From Klebsormidium nitens (lineage: Eukaryota; Plantae; Klebsormidiophyceae), in the NCBI GenBank assembly GCA_000708835.1, contig DF237261.1:41865-105864 (forward strand): a stretch of DNA of 64,000 nt. Direction: 5' to 3'. The notes under the pieces were generated by a model. That model had not been told where the DNA came from. It searched no databases and saw nothing but the letters and a program-made list of their open reading frames with translations. Below, piece after piece: positions 37,291 through 48,429 of the stretch (positions are counted from its first letter, which is position 1; every line of letters begins with the position of its first letter). The position numbers and the translations under genes are program-made.

Positions 37291-38340
37291 ATGGATGGTG
37301 AGATGGAGAAGGAGTTGCGCGCAATTTTGAAGAAGCAGAGTCCAGACAAGATTCAACGTGGAGCTCCTCCAAATCGTGCAGATTCAACGGTAAATAACTA
37401 CATACGAGACGTGCGGCACGTTTTTGTAAAGGGACCCTGGGGGGGGACAATGCATGACCTTGACTGGGTAAGTGATTTCAACGCTGTTAAGAAAGTGCTG
37501 AAGGGGCTGACAAATTCTCGAGATGGAAAACCCTTGAAAGATCTCACTAAAGGGAATTACGCGGCTCCCTTTGCAATCCTTGCGGCCCACTTGCATGATA
37601 ACGAAGCGCACGCTGCATATTCTCGCTTCATACAGAAGATGAAACCCACACAGGAGGATCTGGACCAAACGGCTCAAAAAAAGACCCCAAAAGAAGTAGA
37701 CAACTGGGTGAGTTGGTCCGAGCTGCTCGACAAGCGTAAAGAACTCGACCAACGCATCAACTCTGAGGTGGTGGCTAAATTTCGAGATGATCAGAAGTTA
37801 AATCGGCACGATAAACAGCTCGTGATGGATCATCTGATACTCTGTCTATACACAATGCCTCTTGGACCACTTCGAAACGAATATGCGCATTGTAAGTTCG
37901 TTTTGCAAGAGGAGGACGAAATCGAGATCAAGCCGGGTGACGAAAATCTCTGCGAGTTGAATGAAAATCCCGACCAATGCTTTTTCTACATCGCACGGCA
38001 TAAGACCTTGGAGAAAGATGGAGTTCGAAAGCTTGAAATTCCTGAAAATCTTGTGAATGTGATACTCCGCTCTTTCAATCTCATTCCCAGGCAATATCTA
38101 ATACTCAAGAGACACTATCTTGACTGGAAGGACGAATCGATAGCAAACTTTACCGTTGTCTTGAACGAGTTAGGACAGAGGCACTTCGGTAAGAATCTAT
38201 CTTGCACATTGCTTCGACACATAAGTCATACTGAGGAGAGTCCTCGATTGCATTCACGCGGTGAGATGCGGGCAAAAGCGAAGTATATGGGGCATAGCAT
38301 GAGGACAGCGGACGAGCTCTATAACAGACGATACGGATGA
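37291..38340 (+). CDS. Tyrosine recombinase/integrase of the PLV/virophage/NCLDV type (349 aa), intact
   Basis: Catalytic residues in order: R (LYTMPLGPLRNEY), K (HKT...G), LLRH, MGHS, Y (DELY). Intronless. Confidence 0.85.
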   Translation: MDGEMEKELRAILKKQSPDKIQRGAPPNRADSTVNNYIRDVRHVFVKGPWGGTMHDLDWVSDFNAVKKVLKGLTNSRDGKPLKDLTKGNYAAPFAILAAHLHDNEAHAAYSRFIQKMKPTQEDLDQTAQKKTPKEVDNWVSWSELLDKRKELDQRINSEVVAKFRDDQKLNRHDKQLVMDHLILCLYTMPLGPLRNEYAHCKFVLQEEDEIEIKPGDENLCELNENPDQCFFYIARHKTLEKDGVRKLEIPENLVNVILRSFNLIPRQYLILKRHYLDWKDESIANFTVVLNELGQRHFGKNLSCTLLRHISHTEESPRLHSRGEMRAKAKYMGHSMRTADELYNRRYG

Positions 38341-38407
38341 CAGCTTGGGGTGCGCGTCACCTGTGCCCACAAATTTTCTCAGGCTTGAAACTAAGGAGCG
38401 TACCGCC

Positions 38408-38647
38408 ATGTCGGGCATCCACAATCACTCGAGCTCTTCCCCGTGTCCAGCCTGCTTTGAATCGGCGAAGTACAAGGAGGAAGTCCAGGCAAAAGGCAGA
38501 AAATATGCCAGATCCTATTATCATCTGCATAAGGAGCGGATCCTGCTTAAGAAGGCCCTCGAACGGATAGAGAAGGGTGTCCGAGTAAGCAGATGTACTA
38601 GAGAGCGGTTAAATGAAGCTAACATCTACTCGCTGATCAAGGCGTAG
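38408..38647 (+). CDS. Small basic hypothetical protein (79 aa from GCCATG)
   Basis: Good Kozak context, tight spacing after the YR, and a basic helical sequence (RSYYHLHKERILLKKALERIEKG). Confidence 0.5.
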   Translation: MSGIHNHSSSSPCPACFESAKYKEEVQAKGRKYARSYYHLHKERILLKKALERIEKGVRVSRCTRERLNEANIYSLIKA

Positions 38648-38854
38648 AAGCGCTCATCGGATTGAAAGCCATTCACAAAGGACTGGACCACTTGGTGAAT
38701 GATGCAGAAGTGCAGGCAATCAATACATGCAACTTTTGAAGCACATGAAAGCTTGTGCTTCAAGGCGGCAATCGTGATGCCACTCGCAGTGCGTTTGTCA
38801 ATGTCTATTTTTTTCTCGGCTTGAAAACAATAGGAGGCAAGCGGATTTGGGACC

Positions 38855-41695
38855 ATGGAATCCACGAAGCTGATTGGCGCTCTAGAGGAGTACGCACAAG
38901 AGGGTCTCTATGCTATACCAGCAAAGGCATCCCTTTGGAAAGACGGCACCAAGAAGGTTTTTGGGACCATGCCGCATGCCAACGGAGACTCAGCTATACG
39001 GTCTGGCTCCGATTGGAGTGCTTCTAGGGCAAGAATTCTTGAACACATTGAAACGAGAGGATACAACTTTCTTGCAATCAAGACCGGTGCTATATCCGAT
39101 TGCTTCGTCCTAGATGTAGACGTGAAGGACAAACAAGATGAGGATATCTTAGCTGGAATGCCCTACTGGCAAAGCTTGATCGAGGAGCACGGTGAGCCCG
39201 ACACTTTGAGAGCAACCACTGCCAGTGGGGGCCTCCATTACTACTTCTCGTTTAGTAGCACAATCAAAGAAGGGCTTGAATCCGGCAAGAATTTCGTGGG
39301 GCTGGATGTTGACGGTCAGGTCTACGGCATTGATGGTCGCGGTGAGGGGGGTATAGCATTCGCTCCACCAAGCACTCTTGGTGAAGGCAGGGAGTATCAA
39401 TGGAACATGCCGCCTAAACGGACCAATATCAAGGCCGCACCTACGTGGGTTGTCGACCTTGTCAATGCGTCTGCCATAATTGCTGGTCACACTGGCAGAT
39501 CGAACGCAACCACTCGAAGCGGGATCCAAGCAGTGCATTATCCAGAACCCACTGAGCACCATGATATCGAGACCTTCGCAGATGATGGAGACCTGAACGA
39601 GGAATCATTGGACACTCGAGAGGCTGAAGGGTCTGAACACAAGATTGCTGCTGCAATGATGAAGCTGCTAAGAGATGCTGGGTTAGATGAGAACGTTAGC
39701 TTCTCGGGGAAGGTTTCCTTTCGTGGACCTCTTGGTTCGATTTACTCCTTCACCTGCAGGGGGCCTAGGCGGTGTATTCACGGCCACCGCCACAACGGCT
39801 CAAACAACTTTCGACTCATCAAACGGGGATGGGTCGTGCTTTACCGTTGTTTTGGCGTAGACTGCTCAGAAAAGCCGCTCGAAGAGTTGGGCAATCTCAG
39901 CCTTGCCGACTCACTGCTTGATGCGAATCCCACAAAATTGCACCCAACTTTCGACCGTTCGGTCTTCCCAGACAATTGCAGAGCAATATCACAAGACGAA
40001 TGCGAGTCTTATTTGAATCTCATCAGACGCAACGTGATGCACCGCTACCGGGGTCTTGCGGAAATCTTCAGCGCCATATATGCCGTTGATGGGCGTATCC
40101 TTGCTGAGGGGAAGACTTTCCGGTATTGGAACGGACGAAGGTGGCTACTGGATGGTTCCTTTCACGTGCAATCCGTCTTCTCGAGCCACATCGCAAGGAT
40201 TCTGCGCTGGTACGAGAATCAGAGACTGGCAGCCTTTAAAAGGGAGATCTATAAGCTCGCAAAGGAGTCGGAAGAGTGGGGTTGCATACCGGAGGGATCC
40301 GAATATACGCTTCCGGAGTGGGCAACTCATCCGAAGAGCGAACAAGAAAAAGAAACCTGCCGTTGGGCGTGGAAGGCGGTTGCGACCACTTTGCCATACC
40401 CAACGCAAAAAGATCTCCCGGATCTGACGCGTTGCTCTGAAGTGCGCATCTGCCTTGAGTACGTTGTTAATTCGCTGCAGATTCAAGAGGAGCTTAACGC
40501 CCTGATGGACCTTGCCAACCCCTTTCTATTTGCATGTGCTAATGGCGTGATTGATACTACAACAGGACAGCTGCTCGCACCCCATCCGGCCCAGCTGTGC
40601 TCGCGAGCTTCAACGGTTGCCTTCCGTGGTATGCCAAGAAGCAAATCAAGGTTCGCCAGATTCTTGCTGGATTGCTTCAACGGCGACAAGCAAGTGCTCG
40701 ACTAGTATCAACTCTACCTTGGGTACTGCATGACTGCTGACACAAGCGAGCAGATCTTTTTGGTCAAACAGGGGGAAGGATCGAACGGAAAAACACTGAC
40801 AAAGGTTGCTTCGTTTGAGATCTTTGGGTCCTACGCAGTGGTCATGGACCGAGACGTAATCATCGAGGCTGGCGGCCGACGCAGTGCGGAGTCTGCATCG
40901 TCTCACGTCATGGCCTTAAAGGGGGCTAGATTGGCGGAATCAGACGAATCAGGCGAGAAATCCGTTCTTAACGAATCGACCATAAAAGAGTTGTCCGGAG
41001 GAGGCTCGATCACGGCACGAGAGCTCCAAGGTAGGCAAGAGACTTTCATGGTGACCCACAAGGCAATTCTAAACACGAACTACAAGCCGGTCATGGAGAA
41101 CGCATCATTCAGTCTTATTCGCCGCATGGCCCTTCTTCCGATGATGGTCACCTTTAAGTCTGCCGAGAGTCTGAATCCAAACAAATCAAGAGAGAAGGCA
41201 AAAGACTCCACTCTCGAAGCATACCTCAAGTCTGATGAAGGCCGAGAGGACGGGCTATCATGGATTGCAGCAGGAGCGAGCCGCTACTTCGAAATCAAAC
41301 GGGCAAAGCCAAGCGCCTTGGTTCTCGAGAAACGGCCAAAGGCTATGGAAGACGCACTAAAAGCTTACGTGAATGACGCTGACGTTGCTAAACGTTTCAT
41401 TGAAGAATGCTTGGAGTTCGAAGAGCTGCATCCCGGACAACGGGCAACCTGGCATTTGGCGGGGGGTGAGCGCTTGCAAGAGGCGTTTCAGACGTGGATC
41501 AAAGAAGAAGACGTGTCTAGCTCCATCACCGCAACAGCTCTCAAGAAACGAGTCGTGCTGTATGCCGATGGCGGCAACCATCAAGTTGCGACCGGTCGCT
41601 TCACCGACAAGAAGGTCCAATTAAGGGGGCAATTCAAAGGCCTCAGTGGTGTGCGGCTAAGGCCTGAATTCCTCGACAGCATTTCACTGGTGTGA
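38855..41695 (+). pseudogene. Bifunctional Prim-Pol primase + Zn domain + D5/P4-type SF3 helicase (947 codons) with one in-frame TAG at 40703-40705
   Basis: Prim-Pol motifs AIKTG...FVLDVD, TASGGLHYYF, IDGRGEGG..FAPPS; D5_N FACANGVID; Walker A GEGSNGKT, Walker B LAESDES, motif C LNTNYKP. The two track ORFs are in the same frame across D*YQLYLGY. Confidence 0.88.
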
Positions 41696-42110
41696 CCGGA
41701 GAGACGGGCCAACAGACTTGCAAGACGCTGAGCAGCGATCTGTGGGCGGCGGACCGCATACTTGTCATTTGGGGCCTCTTCATTGCCTTGCAGATCGACT
41801 TCGTCTACCACTAACATTGCAGACCATAAGTCTAAAAGTCTTATTTCTCAACTCTTTTTCTTTCCAGGTTTTTTCCAACCCCCCCTTAGGCACCTATGTC
41901 CTATAAGAAAAAAGATCCGCATTCGAGCTCTTTTGGACTTCTAGGCTGCCACCGGCATTTGCAGATCGGGAGCAGATCACTCGCTCCACTCATCACATGA
42001 TGCATGAGCTAGCTTCCACCAAAACATGTGCGCTATGCAACTCAATATGTAGCGCCAAAGATTGATTGAAGAGAATGGGCCAACTGGCCATGGCACTTGG
42101 CCAAGCAACG

Positions 42111-45100
42111 TCAATAACTTAGGAGGCAGCCCCGCACTGCCGGGGTCCAGGTGTCTGCTCTTCCGGCTATCCGTAGCTTAGGGTCATCGACTCTCCTTAG
42201 CCTCGCATTCCGCCCGCTGATGACGTTGGCTAGAATAACCATGAACGCACTCAAGCCGCTAAACCATGCAAGGACTTTGAACTTTACGAGGAATGAGTTG
42301 CAGCTCTCGACGGCGGACGTGTTGACCCAGCGCATGGCGTCGTAGTAATCTGTAAAAAGGAGACATAAGCAAGGTTGACACGTGGATCAAAAGCACGAGG
42401 CTCGCAAGAAGTAAGGTATGCTGCACATAATCAAGTTGCCTAAGCCTCGGCCACTCGAGTTGGGGGGCACTCAGTGTGCCCAATTCAGAATGAACAACTC
42501 TGGGAGGGAATTCCAGCGGCACACATGCTACACTGATCGAGATCGCTTTCCTGCTGCCCGGCAACAAGGCACGTGCCTTCAAAAAGAACAATCACGCTCA
42601 CGCTTCGCGAGATCTGACTTCGGCCTGCCCAGGTTCTCACCCGGATTAAACCCTGGCCCACACTTGTGAGCCTCAGCATCAGTTCGTTGGAAGTGAAATC
42701 TGCAAGGCAATGAAAAATATTGAAGTGTCCAGCTGCCGTTCGAAGCAGTATGCATCTAAGACTTGTGGCAAGGCGCTCGAGACTGTTCCCATGGACCTCC
42801 TACCCAAAAGTGCTCAGCCTTTTTTCGACCTGCCGCCCCCTGCAGTCTGCTACATTATGTGGCAAAACAGCTGGCGCCTTCTTGCGCAGATCATTCTGCC
42901 AGACCCTAGAGGCACTTGCATTCGAATCCAGGATGGAAGGGCAGCGCAAGGTTTTGCTCACCTGTCCACCAGAAAGCGCACGTCCGCAAAGAACGTGGGC
43001 TCTCGTCTCATGCAGTAAGCCTGGAGCTTGCAGGCGTTGTCGTAAATCAGGAACGCCGGAAGGTTTCGTCGGTGAGCCGCGTGTAGAGCACAGTAAACGG
43101 GTCCCGAGGGGACTCGCCCCGCAGCATCACGTGCCAACCGTAGATCACCCGGTGGGGGCAGCAGAACACAAACCCTCCCTTGGTGTGCTGTCGCAGACGC
43201 TTGGCAGACTTCACGCTGCTCTTGGCAGCGATCTCAGCGTCGAACTCGCCCACTGTGAGCCCGCTTCGGCAGCGATGTTCTTCCCGGCGGTCAACGGACC
43301 TCCCAAGCTCGTCCTCGAACGGCCTGTACTGCGGAAGAGGCCGCTTCTGCTCCCAACCCGGCAGGGGATAGCAACCTAGCTCTCGTTGCTCTTTACAGAA
43401 CGGATGGTCAGGAGGAAGAGCCTCGGCTTCAGAGCCGTCGGTCTCGAGCCCCAATCTGCCGTTCAGAAGCCGGAGCTCCGCCGGAGACAGAGGGTACTGC
43501 TGCGGGGCTGGCGGGGTCAGACTTTCGACTCCGGCCAGCAGGTCGTTGGCACGTGCCTCCCAGAAGCGGAAGACTTCTCGCTGCTCAGCGTTCGGAGGAA
43601 CTCCCTGCGTGCGAAAATCTCGGGCCAGGCTCACGCAGTGGTCTAGCCCTTCGATGGCCGAGAGCGCCCACCCTGCTCGATCCACACCCAGGCCGCACGC
43701 CCCCCGACCGAATAGAGTGAGGCGATAGAGGTGGTGCAGAGCGGGCATGAAGAAGTCTGGGAAGACGTCGCCGTAGTGGTCGAGCAGCCGCCGCAAAACC
43801 GGCGCATGCTCAGCCAAGGTGGCTTTGTCTTCGCCGGTTGCAGCGCCACCGAGGAGGAGCTTTCGCACGACGGCCAGCGCCCGTCCGTGCTGAATGAGGT
43901 TCGAGTCGTCCGAGACGGAGAGAGGGGCGCCCAGCCCGTAGAGGAGCTCCGACCACTTGCCGGGGCAGAGCGGGGGCCAGCGCGGATTCTCACGCAGCGC
44001 CTCCCTCTCGATTCCATCAAGGAGCTCGAACATGGATTGGTTCTTTGAGCGAATCTGGCCGGTCTGCTCCATCAGGATGCGCCGCCTCCAGTGAAGAAGA
44101 ACGGGGTCTGCATCAGCATCATCTGGGTCCGGCACGAAGTCGCTCACTGCTTCGACGTCAGCCCGCTCGAGCGCAACCTGCATGAGACACAAGGTACCGT
44201 CAGTACCCAGCGCAACGTGAGTTAAAAGTTGCTTCATTTGTACATAAGAATTCAGGCAACTTCTGACTGATGTGCCACGTCAGCGCTTCGTGCGACAGAG
44301 TCAGATCTCGCTCGCATCTCTAAAGAAGATCACGCGACTTCTGACTTATCATAGATGCGCGTCACAAAGTGCACTTGTGTGGTCAGGTAGTGACAGATTC
44401 TTGTCTAGCTTTTGTCAGATGTATATATGAAAGTCTGATGCAAAACCTAGATAGAGGAGGCGGCAGTGAGAAACAAGGATGCCGCTCTGGCCATGTACCG
44501 ACCACTTACCAGGAGCTCTTGGTACTCGATTGGAGCCAGGGACTTCCCAAGTTCAGGATCTCTCGGATGATGCCCACTGAAACGCGCAAGCAGCGTCCGC
44601 AGCTCAGGCTGGATCACAAGACGCCGCTTCATCCCCCGCCCCTCCAGAGACGCAGCGCAGAAGTTGACCCCGGCTTCCATGGTCTTCTCCACGTTAACGC
44701 CAGCAGAGTCTTGGCTCGGCGCAGTAAACGGGCGCACAGCTGCTGCGCTGGTCCCTGACAACCCACCCTTCTGCCGCCCCCCATCGGCACAAGCCAGGCC
44801 CGCGAGACCGTCGCACAGAAGTACCTGTCAGGGACAAGAAGGCGAATCGGAATGTCAAGCAGACCTCATGCACTGGTGACCCTAGCAACGCGCTGGCGGG
44901 GGGCTTCAAACTGAAAACAGGGACACGCCCTCTCGATGGGGTCTCCCTCCTCTGCAAAGACCCTGCAAAGCTCAGCGCTCAGTATCTCCGCACCAAGCGA
45001 TGCCTTTGAGCAAGCAAAAACTTCGACGTCTTGAGCAAGGGCACTGACCTTTGGATGCAGCCCACAGATGCTGCAACACTCCAGGATGGACCGTCCGCAC

Positions 45101-48100
45101 AACCTGAAGAAGCCCAGGCTCGCCTTGCGCCAGGTCTCTTCCGAGAGGAGCACCGCACTTGGTTTGTACTGCCGCCGGGCTTCCGCACAGGCAGAGATGA
45201 AGCCGTTGGAAGCTGAGCCAGACTCTTGAATGGATCGGAGCAGGAGTTGGCACGAGGCTTGAGTGACGATGACCGCTCTCGTCCAGGCAAAGAGGCCGAG
45301 GGCTTCACCATTGAAGTGAACCGTGTGTTTCTCGGGGCAGGTGCAGCAGAAGATGCGGACCTTCACCTATGGAGGAGGAGGGTTCTGATCAGAAAAGCCA
45401 GCATCAGAAAAGCGATCAACTTGAATCAAGGCCAGAGGGAGCGCGTGCCCTTTTTTACAAGCCCAAGTCAGAAGTCGCCATCTGATCTCTATAGGAAAGA
45501 GACTCCTTTCTGACTGACAGTGAGCCCGCTTTTCTGACCCGCTTGCCACGTCAGCAGAGCCGCAGTCAGAAGTCGCCCGTAAATTTCTATAGAAGAGCAA
45601 CTCCTTTTTGACTGGGGTCTGTCGCTCCCCGACCCGCTTTCCACGTCAGCAGAGCCGCAGTCAGAAGTTGCCCTCTAATCACTATATAAAAGAGACTCCT
45701 TTTGACTGACAATGAACCTGCCGCCCTGACCCGCTTGCCACGTCAACAGAGCCGCAGTCAGAAGTCGCCATCTGATCTCTATGAAAAGGTGACTCCTTTT
45801 TGACTGAGACCGTACGCTTAGGAGCCGTGACAGCAAGTCAAGCAGGCTTCACCTTATTTGCAACTCCTCCTTGATGCATCAAAGAGCACAGCCTATGCGC
45901 AATTGCAGTGCGGCTCTCTTAGACGTCTGTGCGGCCTCACCTCTTGCGACCACTGCAGGGAGTAGATGTGCGCGGATTGCCAGAGCCTGATCCATTTAGT
46001 CTTGCAGCGGGGAGGCGCTCTGGGGCAAGGGGCTGACAGGCACTCCATCGTGCTGAGCTCCGCGAAGTCCCGCGCTACCAGCTCACTGACCTTCACAGGT
46101 TGGCGCAACAGGGTGACCTCAGGGTCGTGGACATCCCAGCTATCCACCGGGCGCACCAGCTTGGGGATCTCGACCTGGACCGCCTCTGCCTCCATGGGAA
46201 GCACCACCGCAACGCGCCCTGACGCGCCATGGGTGCACGGCCTTGAAGGGCAAGCGCAGCTCGTGCACACCGGGACCATGACCTCGCCACGCCTTCCCAC
46301 GCCGACGCCACTGCAGCCCTCGACTTCTGAGTCCTTGCAGCTGCGCGCACCGTCTGCCACCATCGGCTCTGCTGCGTCGCGCTCTCTGGCCGCCCAGAAC
46401 GCCTTGCTCCTCCGCTTCACCCCTCCCCTCGCCCCACCAGCTTCCCCGCCGTCCACTTGCTCCGACCGAGCCCGCTTCCCGCTTGCAGACGCAGAGCTAC
46501 AGCACCTAGACGCACACGCCTCGCCGCCCAGATCGATGCCGCCAAACAGCCTAGGATGCTGCTTGCAGAAGCAGATTTCCCCCTTGCAGGTCGCCTCGTG
46601 GTGGCCGCCAATGACCAGCTCGAGGAGATACGCTTCTAGCTCTGCAGAAGCATCCACTGAGGGGGAGCCCTGGTCTCCAGCCGGACCTTGTGCACCAGCC
46701 GCGCACCTCTCATGGGCGCCACGCGCTGCCGCCTCCCCTGCCTCAACTTGCACATCACCTTCCCCTCGATAGACGGAAACAAGGGCCCGCTCGAGCTGCG
46801 CCTCCGAAAAGAGACACCCGCTCACCCTGTGAATGCCATCCGGGCGCTGCAAGGCTCTCTTCGCCTCTAGGATGTGGCTGCAGTCAGTTGTCTTTGAGCA
46901 ACCGCTTTGCCTCCCCTCGCAGTACCAGGGGAACTGCTCGCTGGCACCAAAGTGAACCATCGTCCTGTGCGGCGAGGGGGACGCTGCGTTCCAGTAGACA
47001 CCAAAGACTCTCTCTCCAGGTTTAGAGCAAGGTGCCTCAACCACTCTGGCGCCCCTCTGCAGAGAGATGTGGCTCGCTTGCCTTGGCCCCTCCAGCGCCT
47101 GCAGCGCGAGCTTGTGAACGCAGGGCGCTCCAAAGAATAGCCGCCCCCGATCGCAGGTGCAGCTTGCGGCCCCCGAGGTGTCCCAGTAAACTGTCTCTAA
47201 GAGAGCGCGCGCCTTGCTGGGCCGGCCAAGGGGCTTGGGCCTGGCGGCGTTGTGGTCCCAAGTCGTCGCCAGGTAGACAGAGCTGGTGGAGTCCTCCTCG
47301 CCGATGCTGTAGAAGACGCACTGTCCAGCCTTGATGCCCGCGAGGAACTTGGCAGCTTGAGCGGCGATTGTCAGCCGGCCTTCTGCATCGCGCGCGTCCG
47401 TTGACGAAGCACAAGGGGGACTCTGCACAAGGCGCATTGCTCAGTCAACTACTCGATGAGGCGCAATCCACCAGCTTACTGTAGGGCTTCTTTACTGCGC
47501 ACAGCTTCACCTCCAGCCCTGCTTCCCGTTCTGAAGACTTGCATTCAATGAATCAGCCCAGCTCAGCAAGTCAGCGGCAATACGTCTCCAATCTGCACAT
47601 CATTCACAAGAAGACTGCGGGAAGTGATTCACATTTTTGACAGTGAGAGGTGGCTCACCGCTGCTAGTGGCTTCCGTGCCGCCTCTCCCACTTTCCGGCC
47701 CCTGTTCAGTGCTGCTTCTGCTGCAGTACTTGCGCGGCGCCCACCAATTGCAAGCCGCGCCTCCTCCCCCTTGGCTTGCAGAGCGACAACGTCCTCGCCC
47801 AGCAACACCTTCACCTGGCGCCATGGCTCCGCAACTGCTGTGCGCTCAAACCACACCTCTGCTGGACCCACCCAACCTCTTCTTACAACAGTCGCTGCAG
47901 TGCTGGTGGTAGAAACGGGTCCAATGAGGTTCTTCACGCACTCCAAACACACGGGCTGCTCCTTCCTCTGACCTTTCACTCTTGAGCTCGGATCGGACAC
48001 TGCAAAACCCTTGAGCTCCTGACCTTTTCGAAAGTCTAGCTCGCAGCCATTGGCATTGGGCCTTATAAGACTCTGCTTGCAAAGTGCGCATTTGGAGGCC

Positions 48101-48336
48101 AAAGAGTCAAGTGACAGGAGCTTTGGATCCACCACGAAATCACCCCTGCTGATTGCTTTTAGAGTTGCCGGATGAAAGGCTTGCAAGAGAGCTGCAGAAG
48201 GGGTGCCAGCCGCTGGCGCACTTGCTGGTGCCAGTGGCACCTGCTCTCTCCCCCCGTCTGCTGTGCTTGTGCAGGCACTGGCGGACCTGCAGTTCTGGGC
48301 TCGGTACTCCGACTGCACTACATTCTGAGCTCGCAT
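42111..48336 (-). pseudogene. KDZ (Kyakuja-Dileera-Zisupton) transposase with Zn finger, SWIM and CxC-like domains, 7 exons: 48336-47659, 47422-45941, 45366-45049, 44824-44510, 44177-42962, 42699-42641, 42349-42111; 1-bp frameshift near 43065
   Basis: SWIM CTC...CVH; CCSICGLHPKVLLCDG; GGFVFCCPHRVIYGWHVMLRGESPRD; past the shift LPAFLIYDNACKLQAYCMRREP...VDRFH...HKCGPGFNP; NTSAVESCNS. All junctions are in phase once one base is restored. Confidence 0.85.
45466..45806. repeat. Palindromic repeat array R6 (4 units, ~96-bp period), KDZ intron 2
   Basis: cagtcagaagtcgccatctgatctctat...actcctttttgactg, with linker gacccgcttgccacgtcagcagagccg. Confidence 0.9.
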
Positions 48337-48429
48337 GGTTGGATCCTGGAAAGCTTTTGGAGGTCGGGGAATTATGCTGGTTATCGCATTCAGTTGCCTT
48401 GGGGGGTTTTTATAGGCGATTGGAACAAC

